Below are positions 14,889 to 25,220 of a DNA stretch of 32,000 nucleotides, in pieces (the stretch's first letter is position 1; every line of letters starts with the position of its first letter). The notes beneath the pieces were generated by a model that saw only the letters and a list, made by a program, of their open reading frames with translations, did not search any database and was not told where the DNA came from. Made by a program: the position numbers and the translations under genes. The stretch is from Dokdonella fugitiva (GTDB lineage: Bacteria; Pseudomonadota; Gammaproteobacteria; Xanthomonadales; Rhodanobacteraceae). The DNA lies in contig NZ_SLWQ01000005.1 of NCBI RefSeq assembly GCF_004342425.1, positions 253,476-285,475 of the forward strand, given 5' to 3'.

Positions 14889-14916
14889 ATAATACGGTTT
14901 GGCGCGCAGGTGTCAA
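14889..14916 (-). promoter_or_regulatory. sigma70-type promoter of the tRNA cluster
   Basis: On the minus strand, TTGACA (14916-14911), a 16-nt spacer and TATTAT (14894-14889). A GC-rich discriminator GCGCGTCCC follows, just upstream of the tRNA-Gly 5' end. Confidence 0.7.
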
Positions 14917-14997
14917 GCGTGGATTTGCGATCATCGATCGTCGCACGTGCAAAAGAGCGGTCGTCCCGGTCGCGCGCTTCATGTACGGCCCCGCGCG

Positions 14998-15579
14998 TCA
15001 GCGCTGCTGGCGCAGGATCGGCCACGCCGCGCGCACGTACAGCATCCCCGACCAGATCGTGAGTCCCGCCGCGATCACCAGCAGCCCCTCGCCGACGTGG
15101 AACAGGCGCAGGCCTTCGAGGTCGTGCTGGTAGAGCAGCACGACGATCGCGACGATCTGCATCGCGGTCTTGATCTTGCCGATCGCCGCCACGCGTACGG
15201 TCGCGCGCTCGCCGATCTCCGCCATCCATTCGCGCAGTGCCGAGATGCTGATCTCGCGCCCGACGATGACCGCGCTGGTGACCGCCATCAGCGGCGTCGG
15301 GTTTTCCTGCACGAGCAGGAACAGCGTGATCGCGACCATGAGCTTGTCGGCGACCGGGTCGAGGAACGCGCCGAACGCCGAACCCATGTTCCAGCGCCGG
15401 GCGACCCAGCCGTCGAGCCAGTCGGTGATCGCGGCCGCGATGAAGATGAGCGCGGCGGCGACGTTGGCGCCGTGGAACGGCGCGTAGAACGCGATCACCA
15501 TCACCGGCAGGAGCAGGATGCGGAACAGGGTAAGCGCGGTCGGGATCGTGATATGCATCGGTCGGTCGGGTGGTGTCAT
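14998..15579 (-). CDS. pgsA: CDP-diacylglycerol--glycerol-3-phosphate 3-phosphatidyltransferase
   Basis: IPTALTLFRILLLP and DWLDGWVARRWN..FGAFLDPVADK form the CDP-alcohol phosphatidyltransferase motif. ATG 15579 overlaps the uvrC stop (ATGA). ATG 15558 (MHITIPT) aligns better with the E. coli N-terminus. Confidence 0.9.
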   Translation of the reverse strand: MTPPDRPMHITIPTALTLFRILLLPVMVIAFYAPFHGANVAAALIFIAAAITDWLDGWVARRWNMGSAFGAFLDPVADKLMVAITLFLLVQENPTPLMAVTSAVIVGREISISALREWMAEIGERATVRVAAIGKIKTAMQIVAIVVLLYQHDLEGLRLFHVGEGLLVIAAGLTIWSGMLYVRAAWPILRQQR

Positions 15580-17534
15580 CCGTGGAAGGTCGCATAAATG
15601 CGTTCGGCCAGCTGTCTACTGATCCCGCTGACCTGCATGAGTTCCTCGACGCCGGCCTTCGACAGGCCGCCGAGCCCGCCGAAGTGCTTGAGCAGCGCCG
15701 CGCGCCGGCGCGCGCCGACGCCGGCGATTTCCTCCAGCGTACTCGCTTCGCGTGCCTTCTCGCGACGCCCGCGATGGCCGGTGATGGCGAACCGGTGCGC
15801 CTCGTCGCGCACCGCCTGCACGAGGTGCGAGGCGGGCGACTCCGGACCGGGGAACAGGGTGCGGCCGGACCGGCCGACGATCAGGGTTTCGTCGCCGGCG
15901 CGGCGCGCCTCGCCCTTGGCGACGCCGACCACGGGCACGCCCTCGAGGCCGAGTTCGTTGAGGACGTCGATCGCCTGCTGCAGCTGGCCCTTGCCGCCGT
16001 CGATGAGCAGCAGGTCCGGCAGGCGCGCCATCAGCGGTGGTTTGGCCGGCGCGGTCGACGGCGGCGCTTCGGGCGGGCCCTGCCCGGCATCGCCTGACGG
16101 TTCCTGCGCGAGCGCGGCCGACGCTGCCGCCGATTCGCGCCGGAAGCGCCGCTGCAGCGCCTGGCGCATCGCCGCGTAGTCGTCGCCGGGCGTGATGCCA
16201 GTGATGTTGAAGCGGCGATACTGCGACTTCTCCGGCCCTTCGGGACCGAACACGACGCACGAGGCGACCGTCGCCTCGCCCATCGTGTGGCTGATGTCGA
16301 AGCACTCGATGCGTTGCGGCGTCTCGTCCAGCTCGAGCAGGTCACGCAGCGCCTCGAAGCGGTTCAGCAGGGTCTGCCGGCTCGCCAGGCGCGAGGCGAG
16401 CGCCGCGTCCGCGTTGCGCCGCGCGAGGTCGAGGAAGCGCGCGCGATCGCTGCGCACGCTCGCCTTGATCTCGACCGCGTGGCCGGCGTGGCCGGCGAGC
16501 GCTTCGGCGAGCGGCGCAGCGTCGTCGGGCGCATGGCTCACGATCAGTTCGGCGGGCACCGGCCGTTCGAGGTAGTACTGCGCGATGAACGAACCGAGGA
16601 TCGCCGCTTCGTCGGTGGCGCCGGCGAGGCGCGGGAAGAAGTCACGCGAGCCGAGGCTGACGCCGTTGCGGAAGAACAGCACGCTGACGCAGGCGATGCC
16701 GCCGCGGATCGCGCAGGCGATCACGTCCATGTCCGCGCTGGCGCCCTGCACGTAGTGGCGCGCCTGCACGCGCTTGACCGCGGCGATCTGGTCGCGCACG
16801 ACCGCGGCGCGCTCGAACGCGAGGTCGGCGCTGAGTCGTTCCATCGTCGCGACCAGCTCGTCCATGACCGCGCCGGCGCGGCCGTCGAGGAACATCTCGG
16901 CGTGGCGCACGTCGGCGGCGTAGTCTTCCGGCGCGACGAGGCCGACGCACGGCGCCGTGCAGCGACCGATCTGGTGCTGCAGGCAGGGCCGCGAGCGGTT
17001 GCGGAAATAGCTGTCCTCGCAGTTGCGGATGCGGAACAGCTTCTGGATGAGGTCCAGGCTCTCGCGCACCGCGCCCGCGCTCGGGAACGGCCCGAAATAG
17101 CGCCCCTTGCCGCTGCGCGCGCCGCGATGGAACGCGAGCCGCGGGAAGCGCTCGGACGGCGGCGCCCCGGGGTCGAGCGCCGCGCGCGTGGGATCGGCGG
17201 TGAGATGGATGTACGGATAGCTCTTGTCGTCGCGCAGCACGATGTTGTAGCGCGGCTTCAGGCTCTTGATCAGCTGCGCCTCGAGCAGCAGGGCCTCGGC
17301 TTCGGTGCGCGTGACCGTGGTCTCCATGCGCGCGATCTGGCCGACCATCGCGGCGATGCGCGGGTCCAACTTCGGCTTGAGGAAATAGCTGCCGACGCGC
17401 TTCTTCAGGTTGCCGGCCTTGCCGACGTAGAGCAGCTCGTCGTCGGCGTCGAACATGCGGTAGACGCCGGGCGCGCCGGTCAGGGTACGAACGAAGGTCT
17501 TGCCGTCGAACGGTGGTGCGGAAACGGATGACAT
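15576..17534 (-). CDS. uvrC: excinuclease ABC subunit C
   Basis: 652 aa with an N-terminal GIY-YIG region (GVYRMFDADDELLYVGKAGNLKKRVGSYF) and a C-terminal HhH region. It carries a Pro/Ala-rich low-complexity insert. Confidence 0.92.
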   Translation of the reverse strand: MSSVSAPPFDGKTFVRTLTGAPGVYRMFDADDELLYVGKAGNLKKRVGSYFLKPKLDPRIAAMVGQIARMETTVTRTEAEALLLEAQLIKSLKPRYNIVLRDDKSYPYIHLTADPTRAALDPGAPPSERFPRLAFHRGARSGKGRYFGPFPSAGAVRESLDLIQKLFRIRNCEDSYFRNRSRPCLQHQIGRCTAPCVGLVAPEDYAADVRHAEMFLDGRAGAVMDELVATMERLSADLAFERAAVVRDQIAAVKRVQARHYVQGASADMDVIACAIRGGIACVSVLFFRNGVSLGSRDFFPRLAGATDEAAILGSFIAQYYLERPVPAELIVSHAPDDAAPLAEALAGHAGHAVEIKASVRSDRARFLDLARRNADAALASRLASRQTLLNRFEALRDLLELDETPQRIECFDISHTMGEATVASCVVFGPEGPEKSQYRRFNITGITPGDDYAAMRQALQRRFRRESAAASAALAQEPSGDAGQGPPEAPPSTAPAKPPLMARLPDLLLIDGGKGQLQQAIDVLNELGLEGVPVVGVAKGEARRAGDETLIVGRSGRTLFPGPESPASHLVQAVRDEAHRFAITGHRGRREKAREASTLEEIAGVGARRRAALLKHFGGLGGLSKAGVEELMQVSGISRQLAERIYATFHG

Positions 17535-17759
17535 CCGTGCAGTGTATTGCGCCCGCGCGTGAATGTCGGCCTCGCGACGGCGAGCATCGCGGCTGAAGCC
17601 GCTCCCGCGGAGCGGTGCGTGCGGTACCTGTGCGCGGCCGTCACGCCCCGGTGCGCCGCGACGCTGCGGATGCGCGCCGCGGTCGTGTGGGCGGCGGAAG
17701 CCGCCATGCCCTTGAACGCCGAGACGAAGCGCGAGCGCGCCGCCGGAGTCTTGCGTCGT

Positions 17760-19187
17760 TCAGGTTTCGCCGACCGGCACGCGCCGCAGCGCGCCGTGGG
17801 CAAGGTCGATCGCGATGATCTCGTGCTGGTTCGTATTGGCGATCCACAGCATGTTGCGCGCGACCGCGAGCGCCTGCGGCTCGCGCAACGGATGCGCCAT
17901 GCGCAGCGGGCGCGTTTCGCCGCTGCGCCGGCTGACGAGCTTGATCGCGTCGTTGTAGCTGTCGGCGACGTAGAGCAATCCGCGCGGGTCGGCGGCGAGC
18001 GCGAGCGGGTTCTGCAGGCGTGCCTCGACGCGCGCACCGGTCGCGTCGCCGAACACGTACAGGCCACGGCCGAGCACGGTGTCGACGCGGCCACTGTCGA
18101 CGTCGATCGCACGGATCGCCGACGACGCCGCATCGGCGACGAGCAGTTCACGACCGATCGCGGCGAGTGCGGTCGGCTGCGCGAACGCGGCTTCGCTGCC
18201 ATGGCCGTCGGCGAGCCCGAGGTCGCCGGTGCCGGCGAGCACCGAGACGAGCCCGGTGGCCGGCTCGAAACGCCAGACCTGGTGCTGCCCGGCGACGGCG
18301 ACGAACAGGTCGTCGCCGACCGCGGCCAGGCCGAGCGGCGTGTTCAGCGCCGTTGCCGTCGCTTCCGCGGCGACCGGCCGCGAGCGTCCAGCGCGCGCGG
18401 TGCCGAGCACGGTGTCGACTTCGCCGCTGACGAGGTCGACACGGCGCACGCAATGATTGCCGGTATCGGCGACATACAGCGCGTTGCCGCGTCGCGCGAG
18501 CCCGTGCGGCTGGCGGAAGCACGCGAGCGCGGCGACGCCGTCGGCATGGCCCGCATTGCCGCTGCCGAACACGCGCACGACGCGGCCGTCGTGACTGCAC
18601 TCGACCACGCGATCGTGGCCGGTGTCGGCGACGAACAGGCGCTGTTCGTCGACGAGCAGGCCGGCCGGGAACGCGAGCACGCCGCGCGGCTCCGGACGCG
18701 CGACCGCCTCGGTCGGCTCGTACACGCGCTGGTCGTGTGCGGCGGCTTCGTCGAGCAGCGCGCCGACGTGCGCCTCGATCTCCGCGCCGCGTCCCTCGCC
18801 CGCGTAGATCGCGGCGAATCGCCCGGTCGCATCGACGAGTGCGACGCTCGGCCACGCAGCGATGCCGTAGTCCTGCCAGGCGCGGAAGTCGCGGTCGTTC
18901 GCGACCGGGTGGCGCAGGCGATGGCGGTTGACGGCGCGCAGCAATGCCTCGCCGTCACGCTGGTGCGGATATTTCGGGCAATGCACGCCGATCACTGCGA
19001 GACCGTCGTGATGCTGTTCCTCGAGCCGGCGCAGCTGCGGCATGAGGTTCCAGCTGTTGACGTTGTCGTAGCTCCAGAACCAGAGCAGCACGACGCGCCC
19101 ACGCAGCGTTTCCAGGCGCGGCGGCACGTCGGTGTTGACCCACTCGAGGTCCGCCGGCAGCGGCGGCGCGGGTCCGCGTTCGCTCAT
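17760..19187 (-). CDS. thioredoxin-like (redoxin) domain / NHL-repeat beta-propeller protein
   Basis: 475 aa. The N-terminal redoxin-like region is VVLLWFWSYDNVNSWN..GVHCPKYPH. Repeated LYVADTGNH / LFVADTGHDRV NHL-type blades follow. Confidence 0.75.
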   Translation of the reverse strand: MSERGPAPPLPADLEWVNTDVPPRLETLRGRVVLLWFWSYDNVNSWNLMPQLRRLEEQHHDGLAVIGVHCPKYPHQRDGEALLRAVNRHRLRHPVANDRDFRAWQDYGIAAWPSVALVDATGRFAAIYAGEGRGAEIEAHVGALLDEAAAHDQRVYEPTEAVARPEPRGVLAFPAGLLVDEQRLFVADTGHDRVVECSHDGRVVRVFGSGNAGHADGVAALACFRQPHGLARRGNALYVADTGNHCVRRVDLVSGEVDTVLGTARAGRSRPVAAEATATALNTPLGLAAVGDDLFVAVAGQHQVWRFEPATGLVSVLAGTGDLGLADGHGSEAAFAQPTALAAIGRELLVADAASSAIRAIDVDSGRVDTVLGRGLYVFGDATGARVEARLQNPLALAADPRGLLYVADSYNDAIKLVSRRSGETRPLRMAHPLREPQALAVARNMLWIANTNQHEIIAIDLAHGALRRVPVGET

Positions 19188-19188
19188 G

Positions 19189-19659
19189 TCAGGCGCGCCG
19201 CGCCTTGGGCGGACGCAGGCGGCGGATCAGCACGTCGACGCCCTTGCGCGACAGCTCGACGACGCGATCGAAGTCGCGCGCGGTTCCGTAGTACGGATCG
19301 GGCAGCTCGGTGTCGCCGAGGAACAGCGCCGGCTCGACGCCGAGACCGCGATGGAAGCGCTGCAGCGCGAGCAGGTTCATGCGATCCATCGCGAATACGA
19401 GGTCGAAGCGCTCGAAGTCCGCGCTGGTGACCTGGCGCGCGCGCAGGCCGGCGATGTCATAGCCGTGCGCGGCCGCGGCGCGGATCGCGCGCTCGTCCGG
19501 CGGTTCGCCGACGTGGTAGTCCTCGGTACCGGCGGAATCGACTTCGATGTCGAGCCCGGCGCGCGCGAATTCGGCGCGCGCGATACCCTCGACCGTCGGC
19601 GAACGGCAGATGTTCCCCATGCAGATGAAGAGGATCCGCTGTTTCTCTTGGTTGTCCAT
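19189..19659 (-). CDS. low-molecular-weight protein-tyrosine phosphatase
   Basis: The P-loop ILFICMGNICRSP (CX5R-S) lies near the N-terminus, and DPYY near the C-terminus. Confidence 0.88.
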   Translation of the reverse strand: MDNQEKQRILFICMGNICRSPTVEGIARAEFARAGLDIEVDSAGTEDYHVGEPPDERAIRAAAAHGYDIAGLRARQVTSADFERFDLVFAMDRMNLLALQRFHRGLGVEPALFLGDTELPDPYYGTARDFDRVVELSRKGVDVLIRRLRPPKARRA

Positions 19660-19743
19660 CGACTTGCGCCAGGAATCCGTCTGCTGCGCGAAGCGTCCGG
19701 AACCATGCCACTACGCGAAGCGGGAATCAATCGCTCGCGCGCC

Positions 19744-20529
19744 TCACCCGCCCGCGAGCAGGCGTTCGACGCGCGCGAGGTCATCGGGGGTGTCGACGCC
19801 GGCCGGGAACGGCTCCGGCGCGATGCGCACGGCGATCGCATGGCCGTGTTCGAGCGCGCGCAACTGCTCCAGCGATTCGCAGCGCTCGAGCGGCGTCGGC
19901 GCGAGCGTGGCGAAACGGCGCAGGAAACCCGCGCGATAGGCATAGATGCCGATGTGGCGAAGGAACGGCATGCCACCCGGCAGGGACCCGCGATCGCGCG
20001 CGAACGCGTCACGCGGCCACGGCAGCGGTGCGCGGCTGAAATACAGCGCGCGCCCGTCGCTGCGACGCACGAGCTTGACGCAATTGGGGTCGAACAGTTC
20101 CTCCGCGCTCGCGAGTGGCGTCGCCAGTGTCGCCATCGGCGCCTCGTCCTCGACGAGCGCCTGCGCGACCGCGCGGATGCCGCTCGCGGGCGCGAGCGGT
20201 TCGTCGCCCTGCAGGTTCACGACGATCGCGTCGTCGGGCCAGCCGAGCGTCGTGGCGACTTCGGCAAGGCGGTCGCTGCCGGACGCATGATCGGCGTGCG
20301 TCATCACCACGCGCACGCCACTGCCCGCGAGCGCGGCTCCGATGCGCGTGTCGTCGGTCGCGACGACGACATCGGCCGCGCCCGCCGCACGCGCGCGACG
20401 CGCGACGTGCACGATCATGGGTTCGCCGGCGATCGGCAGCAGTGGCTTGCCCGGCAGTCGCGTCGAGCCGTGGCGCGCGGGGATCGCGACGATGAAGCGA
20501 ACGTCGGTGGGCATCTGCGGCCGTGTCAT
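19744..20529 (-). CDS. kdsB: 3-deoxy-manno-octulosonate cytidylyltransferase (CMP-KDO synthetase)
   Basis: Motifs [26 protein letters not shown] and the GIYAYR region. Start ATG 20529, with an alternative at 20514. The rest of the listed 560-aa ORF is an upstream shadow. Confidence 0.88.
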   Translation of the reverse strand: MTRPQMPTDVRFIVAIPARHGSTRLPGKPLLPIAGEPMIVHVARRARAAGAADVVVATDDTRIGAALAGSGVRVVMTHADHASGSDRLAEVATTLGWPDDAIVVNLQGDEPLAPASGIRAVAQALVEDEAPMATLATPLASAEELFDPNCVKLVRRSDGRALYFSRAPLPWPRDAFARDRGSLPGGMPFLRHIGIYAYRAGFLRRFATLAPTPLERCESLEQLRALEHGHAIAVRIAPEPFPAGVDTPDDLARVERLLAGG

Positions 20530-20690
20530 CGAAGTTGGACGCAGCCTAGCGGAGCGCGGAGCGCGTCGACAACCCTGCCGCGGGTGATGCTCACCACCCG
20601 CATGCCGTCGCAGCACGGGAAACGCCGGGCCGCGGCTTTCGCCGGGACGACGGGCATTCTTCCATCTGCCCCGACTCGTTGCTGAAACCG

Positions 20691-21368
20691 TCAGCAGCCC
20701 TCGCCCGCCTTCGCCTCGCGCGTCACCTCGAGCACGAGGTCGCCGGTCGCCGCGAACGGCAGCTTGGTCTTGACCGCATCGGTCGTGTAGTAGAACCCGC
20801 CCTGCGTCGGCGCCTTCACCGCGTCGCGCACTTCCGACTCGTACGACTTGCCGAGCGCGTTCGGCGTGGTCGCGACGGCGATGCGTCGCACCTTGTCGAG
20901 CGTGACGCAGCCGAGCAGGCGCGACTTGCGGAACGGCCGGATGTCCAGATGCAGGGGCTTCACCTCGACCGGCGCGCGGAAGTCGTCGCCTTCGATGACG
21001 TACAGCAATGGCTTGAACACGACGTTGCCGTGCCCGGCCGGGTTCTTGCGCGCGATCACCTGCACGCGCACGGCCGCGTGCTCGAGTTCCTCGGGCAGCT
21101 CGATCACGCGGTAGCGGCTCCGGCCCTTGCTGAAGTCGTTCTGCGGCGCGTCGTCGTCGATGCCGAAGCGCACGCGCGTGCCGGGTGGCAACGCGATCGG
21201 ACCGCTCGGCGGCGCCTTCATCTCCGGCACCGGCCGCGCCGGCCTGCCGAACAGGCGGTCCTTCCAGTGGCCGAAGGTTTCGGTGACGAAGCTCAGGGGG
21301 TTGGCCGCATGGGCCTGCGCGCAGGCGGCAAGTACGAGGATGGCGAGCAGCAGTCTGTAGCGGGGCAT
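20691..21368 (-). CDS. exported hypothetical protein (signal peptide)
   Basis: Start set at ATG 21368 ([21 protein letters not shown] signal peptide), giving 225 aa. Confidence 0.6.
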   Translation of the reverse strand: MPRYRLLLAILVLAACAQAHAANPLSFVTETFGHWKDRLFGRPARPVPEMKAPPSGPIALPPGTRVRFGIDDDAPQNDFSKGRSRYRVIELPEELEHAAVRVQVIARKNPAGHGNVVFKPLLYVIEGDDFRAPVEVKPLHLDIRPFRKSRLLGCVTLDKVRRIAVATTPNALGKSYESEVRDAVKAPTQGGFYYTTDAVKTKLPFAATGDLVLEVTREAKAGEGC

Positions 21369-21500
21369 CGTTTGCGGGAGGTCGAAGGGTGACATTCGTT
21401 CGGTACTGCGGCGCGTCGCGACACACGCCTCCACCGGCCCTCGGGCCCGTGTGCCGCGACTCCGGCGCACGCCGCGGAGGCGGCGTGCGCGATGCATCGA

Positions 21501-21923
21501 TCAGTGGCCCGCCGGCTCCTCGGCGGGCGCGGCTGCAGGCGCCTGGCCGTCGGTCGCGGGCGGGTTGTCGATCGCCGGCGCGGCGGCCGGACGCTCCGGC
21601 TGCGGGATTTCCTTGAGGTCACCGCCAGCCTGCTCGAACGACTTCAGGCCGAGCGTCTTGGCGATCGAGCCGATGACGCGGCGCTGCTCGTCGCTGCCGC
21701 CGCGCTTGAGCACGATGCCGGTGATGTGGTCGTCGTCGCGCAAGCCGCCGATGTAACCGTACAACTCGGCCTTGCCCATGATCGCGCCGTCGATCGAGTA
21801 CTTGTCACCCTTGACCGGCTGCACCATCGCGTTGCCGTCACGGATGTCCGAGCGCGCGAATGCGGCGCCCGCGGCGAGGAGGGAAAGGGCGAGCGCGAGC
21901 GCGCGCAGGATCTTGGTCTTCAC
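21501..21923 (-). CDS. exported hypothetical protein with Pro/Ala-rich tail
   Basis: GTG start at 21923 with GGAGA 7 nt upstream. Signal peptide is [22 protein letters not shown]. 140 aa. Confidence 0.55.
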   Translation of the reverse strand: MKTKILRALALALSLLAAGAAFARSDIRDGNAMVQPVKGDKYSIDGAIMGKAELYGYIGGLRDDDHITGIVLKRGGSDEQRRVIGSIAKTLGLKSFEQAGGDLKEIPQPERPAAAPAIDNPPATDGQAPAAAPAEEPAGH

Positions 21924-22074
21924 GTGATTGTCTCCGTCGGATTCGGTGCGGGCTCCATGCGGAACGTCGGTCGGCATGGCGCGGGGTTGTGGTCGGGCCT
22001 GCACATGGGTTCGTGTCCACCGCATGCGGCTGCATTCCGCACGCCGCGACGCGACCGGCAAGGCATGCCCTGCC

Positions 22075-22488
22075 TCATTGCTTGTCGGCTTCTTCCCTCG
22101 TCTGCGCGCGCAGTTCGGAGATCGAGCCGTCCTTTTCCTGCAGGAACGCGCTGAACTTCATCTCGTAGGCGATGCGCGCGAGCGCGACGATGTGCTCGTT
22201 CTTCACCTTCTCCTTCTCGCCGCGCTTGAGCAGCACGGTGCTCATCGGCAGCTTCTCTTCCTGGCGGTAGCGGAACGCGCTCTTGAGGTCTTCCGAATTG
22301 AGCGGCGCGCCGTCGAAATCGAACTGGTTGTCCTTGTCCGCGAGGATCGTCACGTCGAAGCTCGACGGCACGTTCGGCGCGGGCACGGAATCGGGACGCG
22401 CGCGACCGCCGCCGCAGGCGACGAGCAGGCCGGCCAGCAACGCGAGCGCGCTGCCGCGCAGGATCGATCCGATCGGGAAACTCCGCAT
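22075..22488 (-). CDS. putative lipoprotein, distant paralog of 21501..21923
   Basis: ATG 22488 and a lipobox LLVAC. 137 aa, sharing the ..DG...L....VLLKRG.. core with the neighbouring gene. Confidence 0.6.
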   Translation of the reverse strand: MRSFPIGSILRGSALALLAGLLVACGGGRARPDSVPAPNVPSSFDVTILADKDNQFDFDGAPLNSEDLKSAFRYRQEEKLPMSTVLLKRGEKEKVKNEHIVALARIAYEMKFSAFLQEKDGSISELRAQTREEADKQ

Positions 22489-22684
22489 GGCTCCTGGGAC
22501 TCCGTGTGTAGTCGAGGTCGTCAAGCCTATCACCACCGCCGCGTGGGCGGCAGGGCGGCGTTGGCGGTGGTTCACCTGCCCACGCTTGCGAACCGGTAGG
22601 GCGGTACGCGCGCGCGCCCGCCATGGCGCTGCGGCGGGGGACTCGCGCGGCGCGCTCGACCCGCCCTGCCCCGCGATGCGCGCG

Positions 22685-23251
22685 TCAGGCGGTCGGCAGG
22701 GTGACGCCGGTCTGACCCATGTACTTGCCGCCGCGGTCCTTGTAGCTCGTCTCGCACTCCTCGTCGGATTCGAGGAACAGCATCTGCGCGACGCCCTCAT
22801 TGGCGTAGATGCGTGCCGGCAGCGGTGTGGTGTTGGAGAACTCGAGCGTGACGTGGCCCTCCCATTCGGGCTCCAGCGGCGTCACGTTGACGATGATGCC
22901 GCAACGCGCGTACGTGCTCTTGCCCAGGCAGATCGTCAGCACCTTGCGCGGGATGCGGAAGTACTCGACCGTGCGCGCGAGCGCGAACGAGTTCGGCGGG
23001 ATGATGCAGACGTCGGACTTGACGTCGACGAAGCTGCGTTCGTCGAAGTGCTTGGGATCGACGATCGTCGAGTTGATGTTGGTGAACACCTTGAACTCGT
23101 CCGCGCAGCGCACGTCGTAGCCGTAGCTCGACGTGCCATACGAGACCAGCCGCTTGCCTTCGTGCTGCTTCACCTGCTGCGGCGCGAACGGCTCGATCAT
23201 GCCGTGCTGCTCGGCCATGCGGCGGATCCAACGGTCGGATTTGATGGACAT
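22685..23251 (-). CDS. dcd: dCTP deaminase
   Basis: 188 aa: [44 protein letters not shown]. It is the C-terminal part of the artefactual 640-aa listed ORF. Confidence 0.9.
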   Translation of the reverse strand: MSIKSDRWIRRMAEQHGMIEPFAPQQVKQHEGKRLVSYGTSSYGYDVRCADEFKVFTNINSTIVDPKHFDERSFVDVKSDVCIIPPNSFALARTVEYFRIPRKVLTICLGKSTYARCGIIVNVTPLEPEWEGHVTLEFSNTTPLPARIYANEGVAQMLFLESDEECETSYKDRGGKYMGQTGVTLPTA

Positions 23252-23410
23252 TGGGAGTGGGAATGGGAATGGGAATGGGGATGGGGAATGGGGGATGGGG
23301 AATGGGGAATGGGGAATGGGGAATGGGGAATGGGGAATGGACTGGGGACGAGAGGGATTGGGAACGGCAGCGCTGAAAAACCATTCCCTATTCCCTATTC
23401 CCCATTCCCC
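23252..23410. repeat. GGGAAT/GGGGAAT tandem array with a complementary C-rich arm (long imperfect inverted repeat; G-quadruplex-prone)
   Basis: Six perfect GGGGAAT units at 23297-23338 and degenerate units from 23252. A 40-nt spacer follows, then CCATTCCCTATTCCCTATTCCCCATTCCCC at 23381-23410. Confidence 0.9.
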
Positions 23411-23415
23411 GCCTC

Positions 23416-24507
23416 CTACGTGTCCTGCACCACGATCTTCGGAAACGCGATCGCCTTGTTGCGAGCGCGCAGCGACAGGCGGCCGGCGGCGTTGCGCGCG
23501 ATCTCGCGGTAACGCGCGGCGAGGTCGGAGTCGGGCATCGCGGCGACCGTCGGCGTGCCACCGTCGGCCTGCTCGCGGATGCGGATGTCGAGCGGCAGGC
23601 TGCCGAGCATCGGCACGCCGTACTGCGCGGCCATGCGCGCGCCGCCGCCTTCGCCGAACACGTGTTCCTCGTGGCCGCAGTTCGTGCAGACGTGCGTCGC
23701 CATGTTCTCGACGATGCCGAGCACGGGCACGTTGACCTTCTCGAACATCTTGAGCGCCTTCCTTGCGTCCAGCAGCGCGATGTCCTGCGGTGTCGTCACG
23801 ATGATCGCGCCGGACACCGGGATGCGCTGGCACAGGGTCAGCTGGATGTCGCCCGTGCCTGGCGGCAGGTCGATGACGAGGTAGTCGAGGTCGGACCAGT
23901 TCGTCTCGCCGAGCATCTGCTGCAGCGCCTGCGTCGCCATCGGCCCGCGCCAGATCATCGCGGTGTCTTCCTCGATCATGAGGCCGATCGACATCGCCTG
24001 CACGCCATGGCTCAGCTTCGGCTCGATGCGCTTGCCGTCCTTCGTGTCCGGCTTGCCTTCGAGGCCGAGCATGCGCACCTGGCTCGGGCCGTAGATGTCC
24101 GCGTCGAGCACGCCGACGCTCGCGCCTTCGGCCTTCAGCGCGAGCGCGAGGTTGGCGGCGACGGTCGACTTGCCGACGCCGCCCTTGCCCGACGCCACTG
24201 CGATCACGTTCTTCACGCCGGGGAGCGGCGTCAGCCCCTGCTGTACCTCGTGCGCGACGACGCGGCAGGCGACGCCGACCGCCGCATGCGCGATCGCAGG
24301 ATCCGACTCGAGCGCACGCTTCACCTCGTCGGCGAGCGCGGCCTGCGCCGACAGTGCGGGATAGCCGAGCACGATGTCGACCGACACGTCGCTGCCGGAC
24401 ACGCCGACGCCGCGCACGGCGCCACTCGCGGCGAGGTCCTTGCCGGTGTGCGGATCGACGATGCCGGCGAGGATCTGCCGGGCGCGGGCTTCGAGGGAGT
24501 CGGTCAT
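23416..24507 (-). CDS. apbC: Fe-S cluster carrier ATPase ApbC/Mrp
   Basis: 363 aa with Walker [11 protein letters not shown], a CxxC (CTNCGH) motif, and an N-terminal DUF59-like region. Confidence 0.9.
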   Translation of the reverse strand: MTDSLEARARQILAGIVDPHTGKDLAASGAVRGVGVSGSDVSVDIVLGYPALSAQAALADEVKRALESDPAIAHAAVGVACRVVAHEVQQGLTPLPGVKNVIAVASGKGGVGKSTVAANLALALKAEGASVGVLDADIYGPSQVRMLGLEGKPDTKDGKRIEPKLSHGVQAMSIGLMIEEDTAMIWRGPMATQALQQMLGETNWSDLDYLVIDLPPGTGDIQLTLCQRIPVSGAIIVTTPQDIALLDARKALKMFEKVNVPVLGIVENMATHVCTNCGHEEHVFGEGGGARMAAQYGVPMLGSLPLDIRIREQADGGTPTVAAMPDSDLAARYREIARNAAGRLSLRARNKAIAFPKIVVQDT

Positions 24508-24648
24508 TGCTGGAAAGGGCGGGAGGAGAAACGCCCATTATGCCAGCGATGGCGCCGGCCACCCGCGCGTCCCGCTGCGCCGCGCCTTGACGACCCCGCG
24601 ACCACACGGCACCGTGCGGAGGACACGCCCACGCCCGGAGACCGCGCC

Positions 24649-25095
24649 ATGTCGTACCGCACGCCTGCCCTGCTCGCCCTCGCCCTGCTCGCCGGCGCGC
24701 CGGCCTTCGCCGCGGAAAACACGCCGGTCGGCACCTGGACCACGATCGACGACGCCACCGGCAAGCCCAAGTCGATCGTGCAGATCACCGAAACCGACGG
24801 CAAGCTCGAAGGCAAGGTGCTCGAAGTGCTGCAGTCCGAGCAGGGCCCGCACCCGGTCTGCAAGGCCTGCGACGGCGAACGCAAGGACAAGCCGGTCGAG
24901 GGCATGGTCATCCTGTGGGATGTGGTGAAGGACGGCGACGTCTGGGACGGCGGCCGCATCCTCGATCCGAAGAACGGCAAGACCTACAAGGTCAAGCTCA
25001 CCATGCTCGATGGCGGGCAGAAGCTCGACGTGCACGGCTACATCGGCTTCGCCCTGCTCGGCCGCTCGCAGGTGTGGGAACGCAAGTCGCCGTAA
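24649..25095 (+). CDS. DUF2147 domain periplasmic protein
   Basis: Signal peptide [15 protein letters not shown], then [26 protein letters not shown] and DPKNGKTYK motifs. Confidence 0.75.
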   Translation: MSYRTPALLALALLAGAPAFAAENTPVGTWTTIDDATGKPKSIVQITETDGKLEGKVLEVLQSEQGPHPVCKACDGERKDKPVEGMVILWDVVKDGDVWDGGRILDPKNGKTYKVKLTMLDGGQKLDVHGYIGFALLGRSQVWERKSP

Positions 25096-25220
25096 GTCGG
25101 CGCGCCACGCCTTCGGCCTGAGGCCATGCCGGCCGAGGGCCACGCGCGACCCGCCGTGGTCGCGTGCGGAGCGGGCGCGCTGCGATAATCGGTCATCGAT
25201 CAGGCGAGGAACAAGGCTCG

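Noticed and set aside
15598-17531. ORFs antisense to or out of frame with uvrC (for example 15616..16305 and 16287..17531)
   Set aside because: They are shadow ORFs within a confidently identified uvrC and have Arg/Ala-rich composition.
17547-19430. 627-aa plus-strand ORF and other ORFs overlapping the Trx/NHL gene
   Set aside because: It is antisense to a gene with clear redoxin and NHL-repeat motifs, and its translation is low-complexity.
23252-23410. Repeat array as a CRISPR locus
   Set aside because: The period is 6-7 nt with no unique spacers, and there are no cas genes in the window. It is a microsatellite/inverted-repeat structure, not a CRISPR array.
22685-24607. 640-aa ORF spanning dcd, the repeat array and apbC antisense frames, plus 23133..23735 and 22797..23384 with GEWGMGNG / PFPIPHS repeats
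   Set aside because: This is a fusion artefact. Only the C-terminal 188 aa (dcd) is protein-like. The repeat peptides are simply translations of the GGGGAAT array, and apbC occupies 23416..24507 in its own frame.
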